Source: Asterionella formosa
Taxonomy: Eukaryota
NCBI GenBank assembly: GCA_002256025.1
Contig: NKIB01009402.1
Location: forward strand, 1 to 64,000
Direction: 5' to 3'
Length of the DNA: 64,000 nt
Part shown: one piece after another, positions 48,080 through 59,524 of the stretch
Numbering within the stretch: the stretch's first letter is position 1
Layout of the letters: each line of letters starts with the position of its first letter
Made by a program: the position numbers and the translations under genes
The notes under the pieces: model-generated
What the model was told of the DNA's origin: nothing
The model's database searches: none
What the model saw: the letters and a program-made list of their open reading frames with translations, nothing else

Positions 48080-49394
48080 TTTATTAATGATATGGAAACG
48101 ACTGTTTTCAAAGAACCAACTGATGTGCAATGCAGCTGACTAATTTTCGGAAATTATGGGCCTTCACATCATTTTGACATCAATTGTCAGTGGTCACCTC
48201 CAATTAGCGACTTTTCCTCAGGTTCCCATTGTAATTTGCATTGGCTTCTTAAAATGGCTTCTCATGATTTTATGGTCAAGAAAATTGTTTACTATACTAT
48301 CATACGAAAAATCTGCCCTACGGTTGTCACGATAAAAGTAGGTTCTTATTAGTCTTGTGTCTGTCTACCGGGTACATCTACCAACTCAAGTGCCGCACTC
48401 CTATTGATAAGAAGGATTCACAAGGCCCTTAATGCGAAGGTCATGTGGTGTCTAACATTGATATGGCTAATAGATCTTAGAGGTACCCGGTGCATATACA
48501 TATACCGGTATACCAATAGGCTACTTGCCCTTGGACGTTTTAATGCCTAATCAGAGCTCAAACTTCTTGCTTTGACAATATATAAAGCACTTTGGTTACC
48601 AATTTGGTGAAAAGGATTTGACAATAGCGATTTGGCACTACCAATTTGGAGATACCAATCACGAGTATTATAGGTGACATCACTGAATACACCATCATAA
48701 CCTTTTGTAGCAATCTAGGCCCCAGATGTTTGAGAGCTCAATGAGGGTGATCCTGAAGTTCTGCTGCACCATCAAAAGTGGAATATTTCTGGGAGGTATT
48801 CTGATAGAAGAAAAAAAGATTTATCAATTTTTTTATTATGTAGAATACAGAATTCTGGGAGTACAAATGGTGAAGCAAATGTAGTATTTCCCTCGTCACT
48901 CCCTCCTGCCTCTATGTTGAGAGTTACCATGTTGATGAACAACACTAATATTTTGCCAGCATGGTAGTAAAAATTACAAATAGTAGTAGAATGCCTCCTA
49001 AAAGTCAAAGAGTGTTCCATTGGATTTTGCATTTCACTTATTAAGGGTAATACTTGCATGAAATGACTCTATCTACAATGGTCTTTTAATTATTTCAAAA
49101 TCCTAGATAAAAAGCACTATATGGTCAATTGTTTATTTTTGATAAAACGATTAAGTACAAAAGTCACTACATAGTAAATTATAGGTAGTAAAATATGACT
49201 TACTAAAAGGTTAAAATGTCTAGTAGTAGACTGAAACATAAAGGATTTGCATCTCTAAACAAGCAATAAATAGACTGAGAAATGCCTGGTGCCAAGCAAG
49301 CGACGCTGCCACAGAGTGGAATGTGCGGATTTGAGAAAATACCAGAGCTGGCAACAAAATTATCTCGATGAACAAATCATGTGCATTCAATTGA

Positions 49395-51461
49395 TTAAAA
49401 GAATGTATTGGCCTTTCTTCTGAGCAAGAACAAACCTGTACAACGAAAAACAACAAATAATGACAGCATGACCACCCAATACCACCACACATCAGATGCA
49501 ACCACATTTAAGTTACTCAAGAGTTTTTGACAATTCACATCTCCAAGTGGTGATCCACAGTTTCTATTGAAATTTCGTTCCACATGCAGCTTGACTCCAT
49601 AGGTAAGCGGCATGACATATTGCAGCCATCTCAGCCATACTGGGATGATTGAAGGCTTTATGAAGAAACCAGCAAAGAGAATTTGTGGAACAAAGACCAT
49701 TGGGAGAAATTCAATCGCCGATCCTGCATCGTGCACACCAGATCCGATCATCACGGCAATTGCTGTAGAGGTCATGGCAAGGGAGTAGATAATGAGATAG
49801 TGCCAGCCAAAGCCAAGCTGAAACTGCATCATGAAGTATGACACGAGAGCCAAGAGAAACATCTGGATCGCCGTCAACAAACCTTCAACTACAAGTCGGG
49901 ACATAAAATAGGCAACGGTTGTGTAGTGGTTGGTAGAAAACTCTCTCAGGAAAACTGGTCGCTCTTGGGGAAAGACAATAAGTGAGGGTAACGCAGTACC
50001 GAACATGGACACCATCAACACAATAATTTCCGCTCCAAACTGAGACTGGATATTTTCATAGACTGCAGGATCTGTATTTCCCACTTTAAAAAATATACAT
50101 CCAGTCAAAAGAGACATGAAGGACGTGAGGAAAAGGCGAAATCCGAGAACACGTGGATCTCGTCTCATAGCTGCAAAATCTCTTTTAAGCAACAATCTGA
50201 TTTGAACGCCAACACCGACGTGATTGGCGGATTGAGATGGCTTCCCCAACACAATCTTTTCCAATACAGTAGATGGCTCAATCTGGTCGGTTGTATCATT
50301 CTCATAGAAGCCCAACTTCTCCAAGTCTTTGTCAGGAACAGATTGCGCTACGATCATTATCCAATCAGCGGGATTATATTTTGGAGGTAACGGTTGTTGC
50401 CGAGTTCCGAAGTAGTCTGGTACATCTTGGACACTGCCATTATACATAACTCGCCCTTTGTTGAGTAGAATTAAATGATCAAAGGATTCGAAAATGTCGG
50501 ATGCTGGCTGGTGAATAGTGAACATAACAGAAGCTCCAGCGTTGGACATCTTCTTCAATACCTGGCACAATTGGAGAGCACTGAACGAATCGAGACCTAA
50601 TAGCCACGCACAGTGAAATTAGGTCGATTGTTGCAGTGGTAGTCTACAGGTGAGTGGATTTTTTTTCAAACATACCGAGTAATGTTTAGCATAGCCAAAG
50701 AATAGTGTACGCACCGCTTGTCGGCTCGTCGAGGAACACCATGGATGGTTTCGTAACAAGCTCAACACCAACACTGGTTCTCTTGCGCTCGCCTCCAGAA
50801 ATACCCTTCAGTAAGGCCCCACCAACAATTGTATCCGCGCAATCACACAATCCCAATTCTTCCAACATTTGTGTAGTCAAACGATCCAATTCATCATCTG
50901 TAGTTTCCTTGGACAATCTTAGTTTGGCGCTGAATCGAAGACTTTCTCGAGGCGTACTAGCAATATGAAGACTGTCGTCTTGAGAAACAAAAGCAATCTG
51001 CTGCCTGATCTCCAACGAAGCTGGGTTGACGGCACAATTGTTGAGGCGCACATCACAACTGACAGTCAATTTACTCCGTGTGACACTCCGACCCGACAAA
51101 ACATTCAGCAAGCTTGTCTTTCCCGATCCACTGGGTCCCATGATGGCTGTGGTCTGTTGGGCAGGAACTTGACCAAAAACATCTTTTAAGATGACTTTGT
51201 CAGATTTCCCCTTTTCCTTTGAGGTACTGAATTGTTTATAGAAGGAAAAAATTTCTAATGAGTACAGTGTGACTAAAGTAATCTACGGCAAACAGGCGAA
51301 AGCCAATCATTACGGCAACGTTATACTCACACTTTCATTTGAACGTTGCGCCATGTTAAGTACTTGCCCTCGCGTTGAGCAAAAGGGTCGTCACGTGCGC
51401 CAAACTCGACATCGACTCCTTCCAGCGGTTGAGATGTTTGGCTATGAAAGATTTCTGTCAT
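49395..51461 (-). CDS. ABCG (White family) half-transporter, copy 2 (tandem paralog)
   Basis: Exons 51461-51331, 51226-50715 and 50596-49395, with the same motifs and intron positions as copy 1. Confidence 0.93.
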
Positions 51462-52180
51462 AGTTAAACGCCCTTTTTAAACTGAATAGGTCAAGCAAGG
51501 TTTGGAAAGGCGATGCGAAGAAACAGGCCGACACAAGCACTGACTTTTGGTGGAGAAGAAGATAATGAAGGCAAAAGTAGATTCACTTGTTGATAATCGC
51601 TTTACTTTTCTTGTGGTGGTGTCATAGAAATTGTACCAAAAGGGAGTATACAAACCAGCATCGTTCTGCTACTCCATCGAACATATGACTCTCTATCATA
51701 CATAGGTATTATACCAGTACCGGCACTTTCTCCGAAATAGGTTGAAACAGAGAAAGAACTACCGGCATCCATTCGTAAATTCAACTGCCCATCGGAATTT
51801 GCACCAACACAATTGCACTACAATTTGCACCACTTTTCTTAGGGTCGTTCCTATCATTCCGAGAAACCAGAATTGCACCATCTTAAATTAAATCCGTGCT
51901 ACCGTTCTGCCTGCATGATATGTGCTGTATCATGCCGCGCTGCTCAGATATTATATGGATTCAAGGTTCCTGCATTTGATCACCTAGCTCGAGGTAGGGT
52001 TAAAAACAAATAATGAGTCAGACTACTCAAACACGTACTTTTCATTTATAACTTAAAAATGTATAACGCTCTTCGGAGCTTTTCACCATTAGACACCCTT
52101 TCCATAGTATGCTTACGACATGTACAGTCTTCGGACAAAGTAGGGTGTAGGTCCACTCTGTATATCGTAAGGATATAGGA

Positions 52181-52306
52181 TCTGGCGAGAAAGTGCAGAA
52201 AGGAACTTGGGTTTTTTAGTTTGCTAAAAAGGCTTGAAAACTCGGGGAAAACTTTTTATTTGGTATAGTAAAAAACTGAGTTTCTTTTCTGCACTTTCTC
52301 ACCAGA
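52181..52306. repeat. Long imperfect inverted repeat (MITE/foldback-like)
   Basis: TCTGGCGAGAAAGTGCAGAAAGGAACTTGGGTTTTTTA ... TAAAAAACTGAGTTTCTTTTCTGCACTTTCTCACCAGA, with arms of about 38 bp and few mismatches. Confidence 0.85.
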
Positions 52307-52359
52307 ACAAGGTATATTATACTGATGCTATTTGAGGTTACCTATGTTTTGAAATTGCC

Positions 52360-53370
52360 CTCCAATTGGCCTTTTCTACAGTCTCCAAAATATTGGAATC
52401 AGAATGACTATGAGCTGACAACATCATCATCAGAATTGTATTTATGTGCCAGAATATTTAGTCCTAAAATCTCCTGTTCAACGAATTCCATTGTAAGTGG
52501 TGCCAACTTCCAGATCATATATAACATGATTGTTGGTCAATGTGAATAACTTACCTCCATGTTATTATCCTGATCTGCAGGGCATTTCAAACCTATTCTG
52601 GCCACACTTGATGCACGTGTATCTTCTTTGGGTGTGTTTGCCAGTGCTGTCATATCCACTACCATATCCATACGATTAATAATATAATACTTTTTGCCTT
52701 GATGATATAATGGACATAGTGCGTTTCTATTTCACTCATGATTATTCTGGCTGCAATAAATTTTTAGCCGGAGACAATCTTTTTTTGATGGAAGCTCGAG
52801 GGAGACCAGGCCATTGGATTTCAAAAAGGCAGGGCGGAGAAGTATAAGGACCCTGTGCAATGGATCGGGACGAAACAGCGGTTCTGGAACATGTAGTGGA
52901 AAGCAGCCTTTGTTGGGTTTATTTTTTCCTTTTGGTGTCCTTGGCGATTCAAATGCAGGCTGTAGAATTAATAAATCCTTATATGATCATTTGGAGACAG
53001 CTCGAATTGTAGAATCATCATCACAGAAGATTGTAGAGTGGATAAGATTGTAGTAACAATATTATTGCCAGCATAAATAATACTGTTTAAACAACAGCAA
53101 TCAAGCAATCGATCAATTCACCAATTCACGTTCATGACGACCTTAAAATCGAAGTCCATGGCACACCAGTATGCCTCCAACTTCTCAATCAGAGCCTCCA
53201 CAACATCAGGTCTATGCATGGTGAGCTGGAGTTCAAGTTCAGATCTTGAATCCAAGGCATGGTAGGTATGCTTTTGTTGTCCTGCTCACCATGAAAATTT
53301 CTGAATTCTTTCCTCAGTAATTCCCTCATTTCACAAACACTTTCTAACACTCGTTAAATGGTCCATTACC
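52360..53370 (-). mobile_element. Probable decayed Mutator-like transposase remnant
   Basis: Minus-strand translation of about 53045-52830 gives STIFCDDDSTIRAVSK*...PRTPKG...FPLHVPEPLFRPDPLHRV, resembling the D-D-D-S...D-P-x-H-R catalytic segment of Mutator-like transposases. It is interrupted by stops. Confidence 0.5.
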
Positions 53371-54886
53371 ATCCTTGCACAAAAGTGTTTCTAAATGCAA
53401 AATGGTTGGGGTAATTAGACTGGTACACATTTGCAGTGATGGGCATGGCTGTATTGTACTGTACATCCTGGGATTTCACTCAGTTATGATTGTCATTATC
53501 AGTACTCCTTACCAGAGTACCCTGGTACCAGCACCACGTAACTGTATATGCATGCGTCAAGAAGCAGCTGGTAAACTATGTTGGATATTTAATTATTGGT
53601 ACTGGTACACGGAAACATACTGGTATGTACAGGGCATATGTACATAAAGAATAGCGGTAATAGAAAAACCGATATGCAGGTTGTCCCAATTGTTCTAGTC
53701 GTGTAAAGGACAAGCCGCAGTGTAAACAAATATGTCTGTATTTGTGTCTATATTTTCCTTCAAAATGACCTGCTCAAGATTCCATTGAAAAATTAACAAC
53801 ATCAATCAGTACGTACATGATAGTAAGTACAAAATTATTCCTTAAGGTATTTTCTTGCATTTTGAGATGTTGCGCCCTCTCCAAGATTTCTATTGCTCAA
53901 GTTTTCTCATCTATTTCAACCATTGATAGAAATAATTATCTAGGAAAAGTTATTAAGCTAGTAATTTGCGGACTCAGCGATGTCTCTACTTTGTTCATAT
54001 CTTAAAAACTGAGCAAATGACGACGAAATCAAATTCTAGCAGCAATTTCAAATTTTTGTTGTCAATATGCGTTAGTCCGGAATTTTATTATTATTGAACA
54101 AATTACCTCGTCTATGTTAGAATAGATCATGTACGAAATAGCAATAACTCATTGTCAATTTTTTGTGGAGAGAATCAGTCCAATAATTTCGTCATGGTCA
54201 AGCAGACAGAGCTTCAACCATGTAATTTGGTTTGCATTTGTTAATCTTGATTTGAGTTTGTTAATGTTTATGATTCAATGTTGTAGGAGACTATACTGGT
54301 GCACATGGCTGATAATGCCGATGGCTGATGAACGAGAATTTTTCAAAATGATTCCTTGCTGACGTCATGTCATTGCTGCACCACATTGCACCACCATAGA
54401 CCTACTGTGACTCCTTATAAGAATGCCAGGTCAGGTAGTACTCTGGGTAACTGGTACCGTATATCTACAATATATAAATAAGAATTTGTGATTTTGTAAG
54501 AAACTCTTGTTCTTTAAGGTAAATATAGTTACTCCGAGTAATACCTATGGGCAAACTATATTTTTGTCGCATAATATACTATTGAATAAAATATAAAGAC
54601 ATGGCTCAAAAAGATCACTACAGAGAAACCATCAATCCAGCCAATGATATGGAATTGGAACATAGAGAAAACATCTGGTGGCAGCAGATACTGTCTTTGT
54701 ATCCTTGAAGTGCAGGGCAGAATTTGAATGTGCAGCAAGGCTGCAACACAACTGAAAATATTGCTGGAATGCTGCAGGATTTGTATAGTTGAGCATTTCA
54801 CATCAACCTCAAACTAATATGGTTTAACTTCTTAGGTTTTAAGGGCTGGAGAAAAAGTGGAGGGTCTACCGAACCCAAAAGCTGAC

Positions 54887-55792
54887 CTAATGCTTTGTTG
54901 CCACAACCTTCTGATACACTCCGTCGCATAAGAGTTCTTTATGGGCGCTCATGTTTTCGGGAAGCCAATCCACAATCTCGTGATACCAAAGATCCTTTGC
55001 GTAAGGTTCATAGGCTATAAAGTTTGCTGTCATCCAAATTTTATGCCACATGCTTTTTGGACGGTGAAAGTCCACCAAGACCAACTTTCCTCCCGGTTTC
55101 AGCACACGGGCCGCTTCTTTCAATGCTTGGATTCTTGCACTGTTGGGAATTTCGTGTAGTAGGAAGAAAATGACAGCTTGATCGAAGGAATCGTCCTCAA
55201 ATTCAAGATCTTCGGCGGCGGCACACGACAAAGAAACATTTTCCAGTTTGCTGTCCACCTTTCTCTTTAGGTTTTCCACCTGACCAGGGACAGCATCAAT
55301 GACATTCAAGGATGCGTCTGGTGTCATGCGCCGCATCAGTTTTTCCGTGAAATTCCCATACACACAGGCGATCTGTAGGGTACGACCATGAATCGATCCA
55401 TTCGCGTCTCCGATTCCATCAAAGACGGTATCTTGGAGCAGTGTGGCATGTCCCCACAAGACCATGTTGACAAGATATTGCCTATCCAGCGCTCGAATGG
55501 CCATGGGGTTCACGTAGGCCCACCAGTACCCATCGTTAAGGTACTTTGGGACGACGTAAGCAGTCGCAGCTGCTTCGTTGTTGGGAAATACGCTGACATG
55601 CTGTGGCTCAGCAGCGGCAGGGCTTGACTGCCACCGGCAGGTCGCGTTCCAATGGGAATTCTGTGGTCGTTGCCACGGCGCAGTGGTTGCGGATGCCATC
55701 ATATTTCTTGGGGAAAAGCTTGGGCGATACAGTGCTGCCATACTGACACGATGCGGCTGACGTGCTATGACATGGGAACACTTGGACATCAT
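54887..55792 (-). CDS. rquA: Rhodoquinone biosynthesis protein RquA (methyltransferase-like) with mitochondrial presequence
   Basis: VPKYLNDGYWWAYVNP..R.LDRQYLVNMVLWG, the atypical SAM motif TLQIACVYGNFT, FFLLHEIP, YEPYAKDLW and GVYQKVVA. The Arg/Ser-rich, acid-free N-terminus ends in RWQSS. Confidence 0.9.
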   Translation of the reverse strand: MMSKCSHVIARQPHRVSMAALYRPSFSPRNMMASATTAPWQRPQNSHWNATCRWQSSPAAAEPQHVSVFPNNEAAATAYVVPKYLNDGYWWAYVNPMAIRALDRQYLVNMVLWGHATLLQDTVFDGIGDANGSIHGRTLQIACVYGNFTEKLMRRMTPDASLNVIDAVPGQVENLKRKVDSKLENVSLSCAAAEDLEFEDDSFDQAVIFFLLHEIPNSARIQALKEAARVLKPGGKLVLVDFHRPKSMWHKIWMTANFIAYEPYAKDLWYHEIVDWLPENMSAHKELLCDGVYQKVVATKH

Positions 55793-56279
55793 CTTGCACG
55801 ACGAAGAAAGGATGAGATATTTTTTTGGAGTTCGTGAATTTTGTGATTTCGTTCATAATGTATGTATACCGGTATTTTATAGTATTGCTCTTAGTCGGAA
55901 CAAATATCGGTACCAGGTACAGTAATATATAGATGAAGACCACTGTATGTGGTACTGGTAGTAGCTGTAAATCGATGATGAGAACCGTGAGACCTGAAGT
56001 ATTTATTACCTGGGGGGTATACACAATACTGTCGCACCATCAAATCGTACAGTCAGTTGAATGTTGAATGTATACCAGTTGCAGGCTACCTGCTGGTACT
56101 GCTATACCAGTTTTTTATATTTTACAACTTTTAAACTTCAATTAGAGTCCACAGGTAGGCGGCAAAGTAGAAATGATACTGTGCGTTCTAACTTTTGGAT
56201 AGAGATTCGGCACTGTACTTTTTGAGCCGGTAGAGAACATCTGCATACGTCACGTTTTGTTCGTTGAACCAAGTTTGTT

Positions 56280-56345
56280 GTGATGCAGAATCTGATTATT
56301 GTTAGCAAACAGGTGATGCAGAATCTGATTGTTGTTAGCAAACAA
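56280..56345. repeat. 33-bp tandem duplication
   Basis: GTGATGCAGAATCTGATT(A/G)TTGTTAGCAAACA(G/A) occurs twice. Confidence 0.9.
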
Positions 56346-56993
56346 GCAAAGTGCGATGTTCTGTTTACATATGCACAACGTACGGCCATTCAGTACATGG
56401 TACACCAATTAAATGAAGCTCCTGGTATGTTTGTACGTTTTCTTTAGCTACAGTGCAAAATAGATGTGAGATTTGCTTGTGTAGTGTTCCGCTCATCATG
56501 CACCAGAATCTACCGTGAGATTCAAGGGCAGGTGCGCAGTATGATTGATATCATACCTGTGTAATCAGTCTTACATTTATTGAGGTATTCCAGTTCACAT
56601 GATAATGAAAAGACTAATAACCTTCCAGAAAACATTGATACCGTGGATTCATTGACAAATCAACACATCTAGGTCTCCTCTCCCTCCACCTCCAGGGAAG
56701 ATGGATGAATACGAAAACGACCATCGATCGTTGCAATGTAAATGGTTCCTTCAGTCTACCAGCAATGTGCGCTAATCATGCCTGTATTAACATTGAAAGC
56801 ATCTATGAAGTTGTCAAAACTCCGCGTGTATACTCAAGTGAGGATATGCTGAAAGTCTTTTCAAAGGCCTTGGAATCTGAAACTCTACTTAATGGTGAAG
56901 ATATCGTATGCAAGACAGAATCTTAAAGTCCCTCTATATCCGAAATGGTCTTCAGGAGGCGCATGGTGGTATTGGCCCAGCACACCACATCTT

Positions 56994-57428
56994 TCAATCC
57001 CAATGATTGTTTGCACTGGAGGGAATTGTAAGGATAATCTCATCCAACTCCATCAGCGCCTCATTCAACTTGACTTGACAGCCAAGTCTGGACGTTTTAT
57101 GTGGTTCAAAGGCAATGTCTAGCATATCTTGCTCTGTCCCTTCCGGTTCACCCCCAAGCGCTTCAAACGTCTTGTCATCCAGGTAAACATGGCAAGTACA
57201 ACATGCCATTGTCCCCGAACAGGCTCCTTCAATATGGTGTGATAGTAATTCATTTTCCAGTGCCAGATCGAGAATCGACTGACGTGCTCTCCATTTAATA
57301 TCAACGGAAGTATGCTGGTGAGGAATATGAACTTTAACTATCTTGTGGCTGACATTTCGCAACGTGGTAGTAGATGCGGAGCTGGATGCCATTGTCATCA
57401 TTCTCACGATTGTCCTACAGAGCGGCAT
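56994..57428 (-). CDS. Adrenodoxin-type [2Fe-2S] ferredoxin, probably mitochondrial
   Basis: IEGACSGTMACCTCHV, EQDMLDIAF, SRLGCQV and an acid-free N-terminal extension. The start is placed at ATG 57428, since an (ATGAA)n microsatellite lies just upstream. Confidence 0.9.
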   Translation of the reverse strand: MPLCRTIVRMMTMASSSASTTTLRNVSHKIVKVHIPHQHTSVDIKWRARQSILDLALENELLSHHIEGACSGTMACCTCHVYLDDKTFEALGGEPEGTEQDMLDIAFEPHKTSRLGCQVKLNEALMELDEIILTIPSSANNHWD

Positions 57429-57790
57429 GAAATGAAATGAAATGAAATGCAACGCTCAGTAGATGTTGTTGAACGAATGAAGCACCAATCCGCCGTTTAT
57501 CACGATACTTATTATTCTTTCAACTTGTCAACCAAGGAAGAAACCCAGGTCGTCGTCCCACTTTCTGGTTGCTAAATCACATCCAATGTGAAGTCGACAA
57601 AATGTACCGAGATGTTACACGCTATTTTATTTTTGTGGGTGTTAGTGTAAAAATAGAGAACATCATGTACCGGTATATTAATTATATATATATAATATAT
57701 ACCGGTAGCTATGCTCTTTCTTCTTATGTACCGGTAGGACACATTGTTATATTACTCATTCCTCTGCTTTTCTCAAACTGATGAGCCACC

Positions 57791-58600
57791 ATGGAGACTT
57801 TGCAAAACCTACCAATCTGGATCCTTTGGGGCCTCGGCTGCCTACTCCTTCATACTCTGTCGTACCTCCTTTCTGTGTATGTGCTCCCGAACGGCCCATG
57901 GACCAAGCTACCTTCATTCACGGCGCATCAAGTGGTAGCCATGCCGTTCATGGTGTACCTCACGGTGTTGGGCTTCCAAGAATGGTTCGGAGGTACCACG
58001 TGCGCTGATCCGGTGCTGCATATCAATGAGAATGGGCTCTACCTGTCTCGAATCGTCATTGGAAGCATGCTGCTCTGGGATATTCCCACTGGATTCGTTA
58101 CTGACGGTATGGGCGATCCCATAATGCACTTTCACCATTTGGGCATGCTACTGGTATCTGGCATCACCGCCGGCGTCTTTTCGTCACAACCGATCGGTTC
58201 GTGCTATGCCCCATTCTTCTTTGGTGTTGTTGAACTATCCTCCATCCCGCTGGCCATTGTCGATATCTTTCATCCAAAGCAGAAGGCATGGCATGACTAC
58301 CATCTCACGTCCTCACCACTCAAGGCATTGAATGAAATATCTCGAATTATGTTTGCTCTATTGTACATTCTTGTGCGGGCTATTTATTTCCCCTATGTCG
58401 TTGTAACTCAAGTACTTCCAGAATTTTATCGAGCCACTACTGACATGGATACTCCTGATACAGATGCACCTGCCCTGTGGGCGATTATGATGTTTTCCTT
58501 GTTGTTTACAGGATTGCAAATGTACTGGGGATCCTTGGTCATTAAACAGATTATCAAGGCATTGGGAGGGGATGGGTCTGACAAGACAAAGAAAGAATAA
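57791..58600 (+). CDS. TLC (TRAM/LAG1/CLN8) domain membrane protein
   Basis: Multi-TM protein with LWD, MHFHH, GVVELSSIPL, FALLYILVRAIYFP and LQMYWGSLV. Confidence 0.85.
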   Translation: METLQNLPIWILWGLGCLLLHTLSYLLSVYVLPNGPWTKLPSFTAHQVVAMPFMVYLTVLGFQEWFGGTTCADPVLHINENGLYLSRIVIGSMLLWDIPTGFVTDGMGDPIMHFHHLGMLLVSGITAGVFSSQPIGSCYAPFFFGVVELSSIPLAIVDIFHPKQKAWHDYHLTSSPLKALNEISRIMFALLYILVRAIYFPYVVVTQVLPEFYRATTDMDTPDTDAPALWAIMMFSLLFTGLQMYWGSLVIKQIIKALGGDGSDKTKKE

Positions 58601-59524
58601 TTTGGTCAATTATGGTTGCATACTTGCTTACTATTGGGTGATGGGGAAACACCTAGACTTTAGAATTGAAGTGTCAGCAAGGTTAGACACAATGATTGAG
58701 CTCCAAGACTATTTTATGAAATTTTTCGGAGTGTCCTCACCAATGATAGGAGAATGGAAGTTTTTTCAAAGAATGTGTGGATTTAGAACATGTAATTGTA
58801 ATAAGGGTAATATCCACTACAAATATAGTACATTTTCAGTATATAACTACATTTTTAATTCCTCAAATTACGCTACTGGGATAATAGGTTGACTGGCACC
58901 CTTTGGCTACATTGGCAGCAGAGATCAGCCCAGCAAACATGGTGATGCCTGCATTTCTGTAGTGGAGGAAAATGGAGGTTTTGGCTTCCCAGCCTTGTAT
59001 GAAAGGTTGATGACAAATTCTTGAGAAAGAGTCATTTATGTTTGCTGATTGGCATTAGAATTGAATGATGTTTTGTCAGCCAGCAATATGTTCAGGTATA
59101 TTGTAGCTATAATACATATGCCCGGTAGGGTGATGTGTTTCGCTCCATATTCCTTGATGTATATACCGGTCCTGAAGTATTTGTTTAAAAACAATGATGC
59201 CCTGGACATAATTCATGATAGTCGTATCTGACTACCGGTACCGTTGAGAATATAATAGTCTACTCTACATACAGCTTTTATACATACGTAGCGGATTTTG
59301 ATGATGTGAAAGTGAAGGAAGGGGAACGAAGAAAATATTATGATGCCACAATACTATGTAGTGTACAGTGTCTATCTTGTACCTGGTACACTAAAATGTT
59401 GCACGATCGACTGGGGGTGCTGTTGATACGTGATGTTTCCTTGTATGTATTTATTGATGTCTAAATATAACTTTTAATGTTCATCCCCGCCAAAGCATCA
59501 ACTATAAAGTAACAACAACACACC

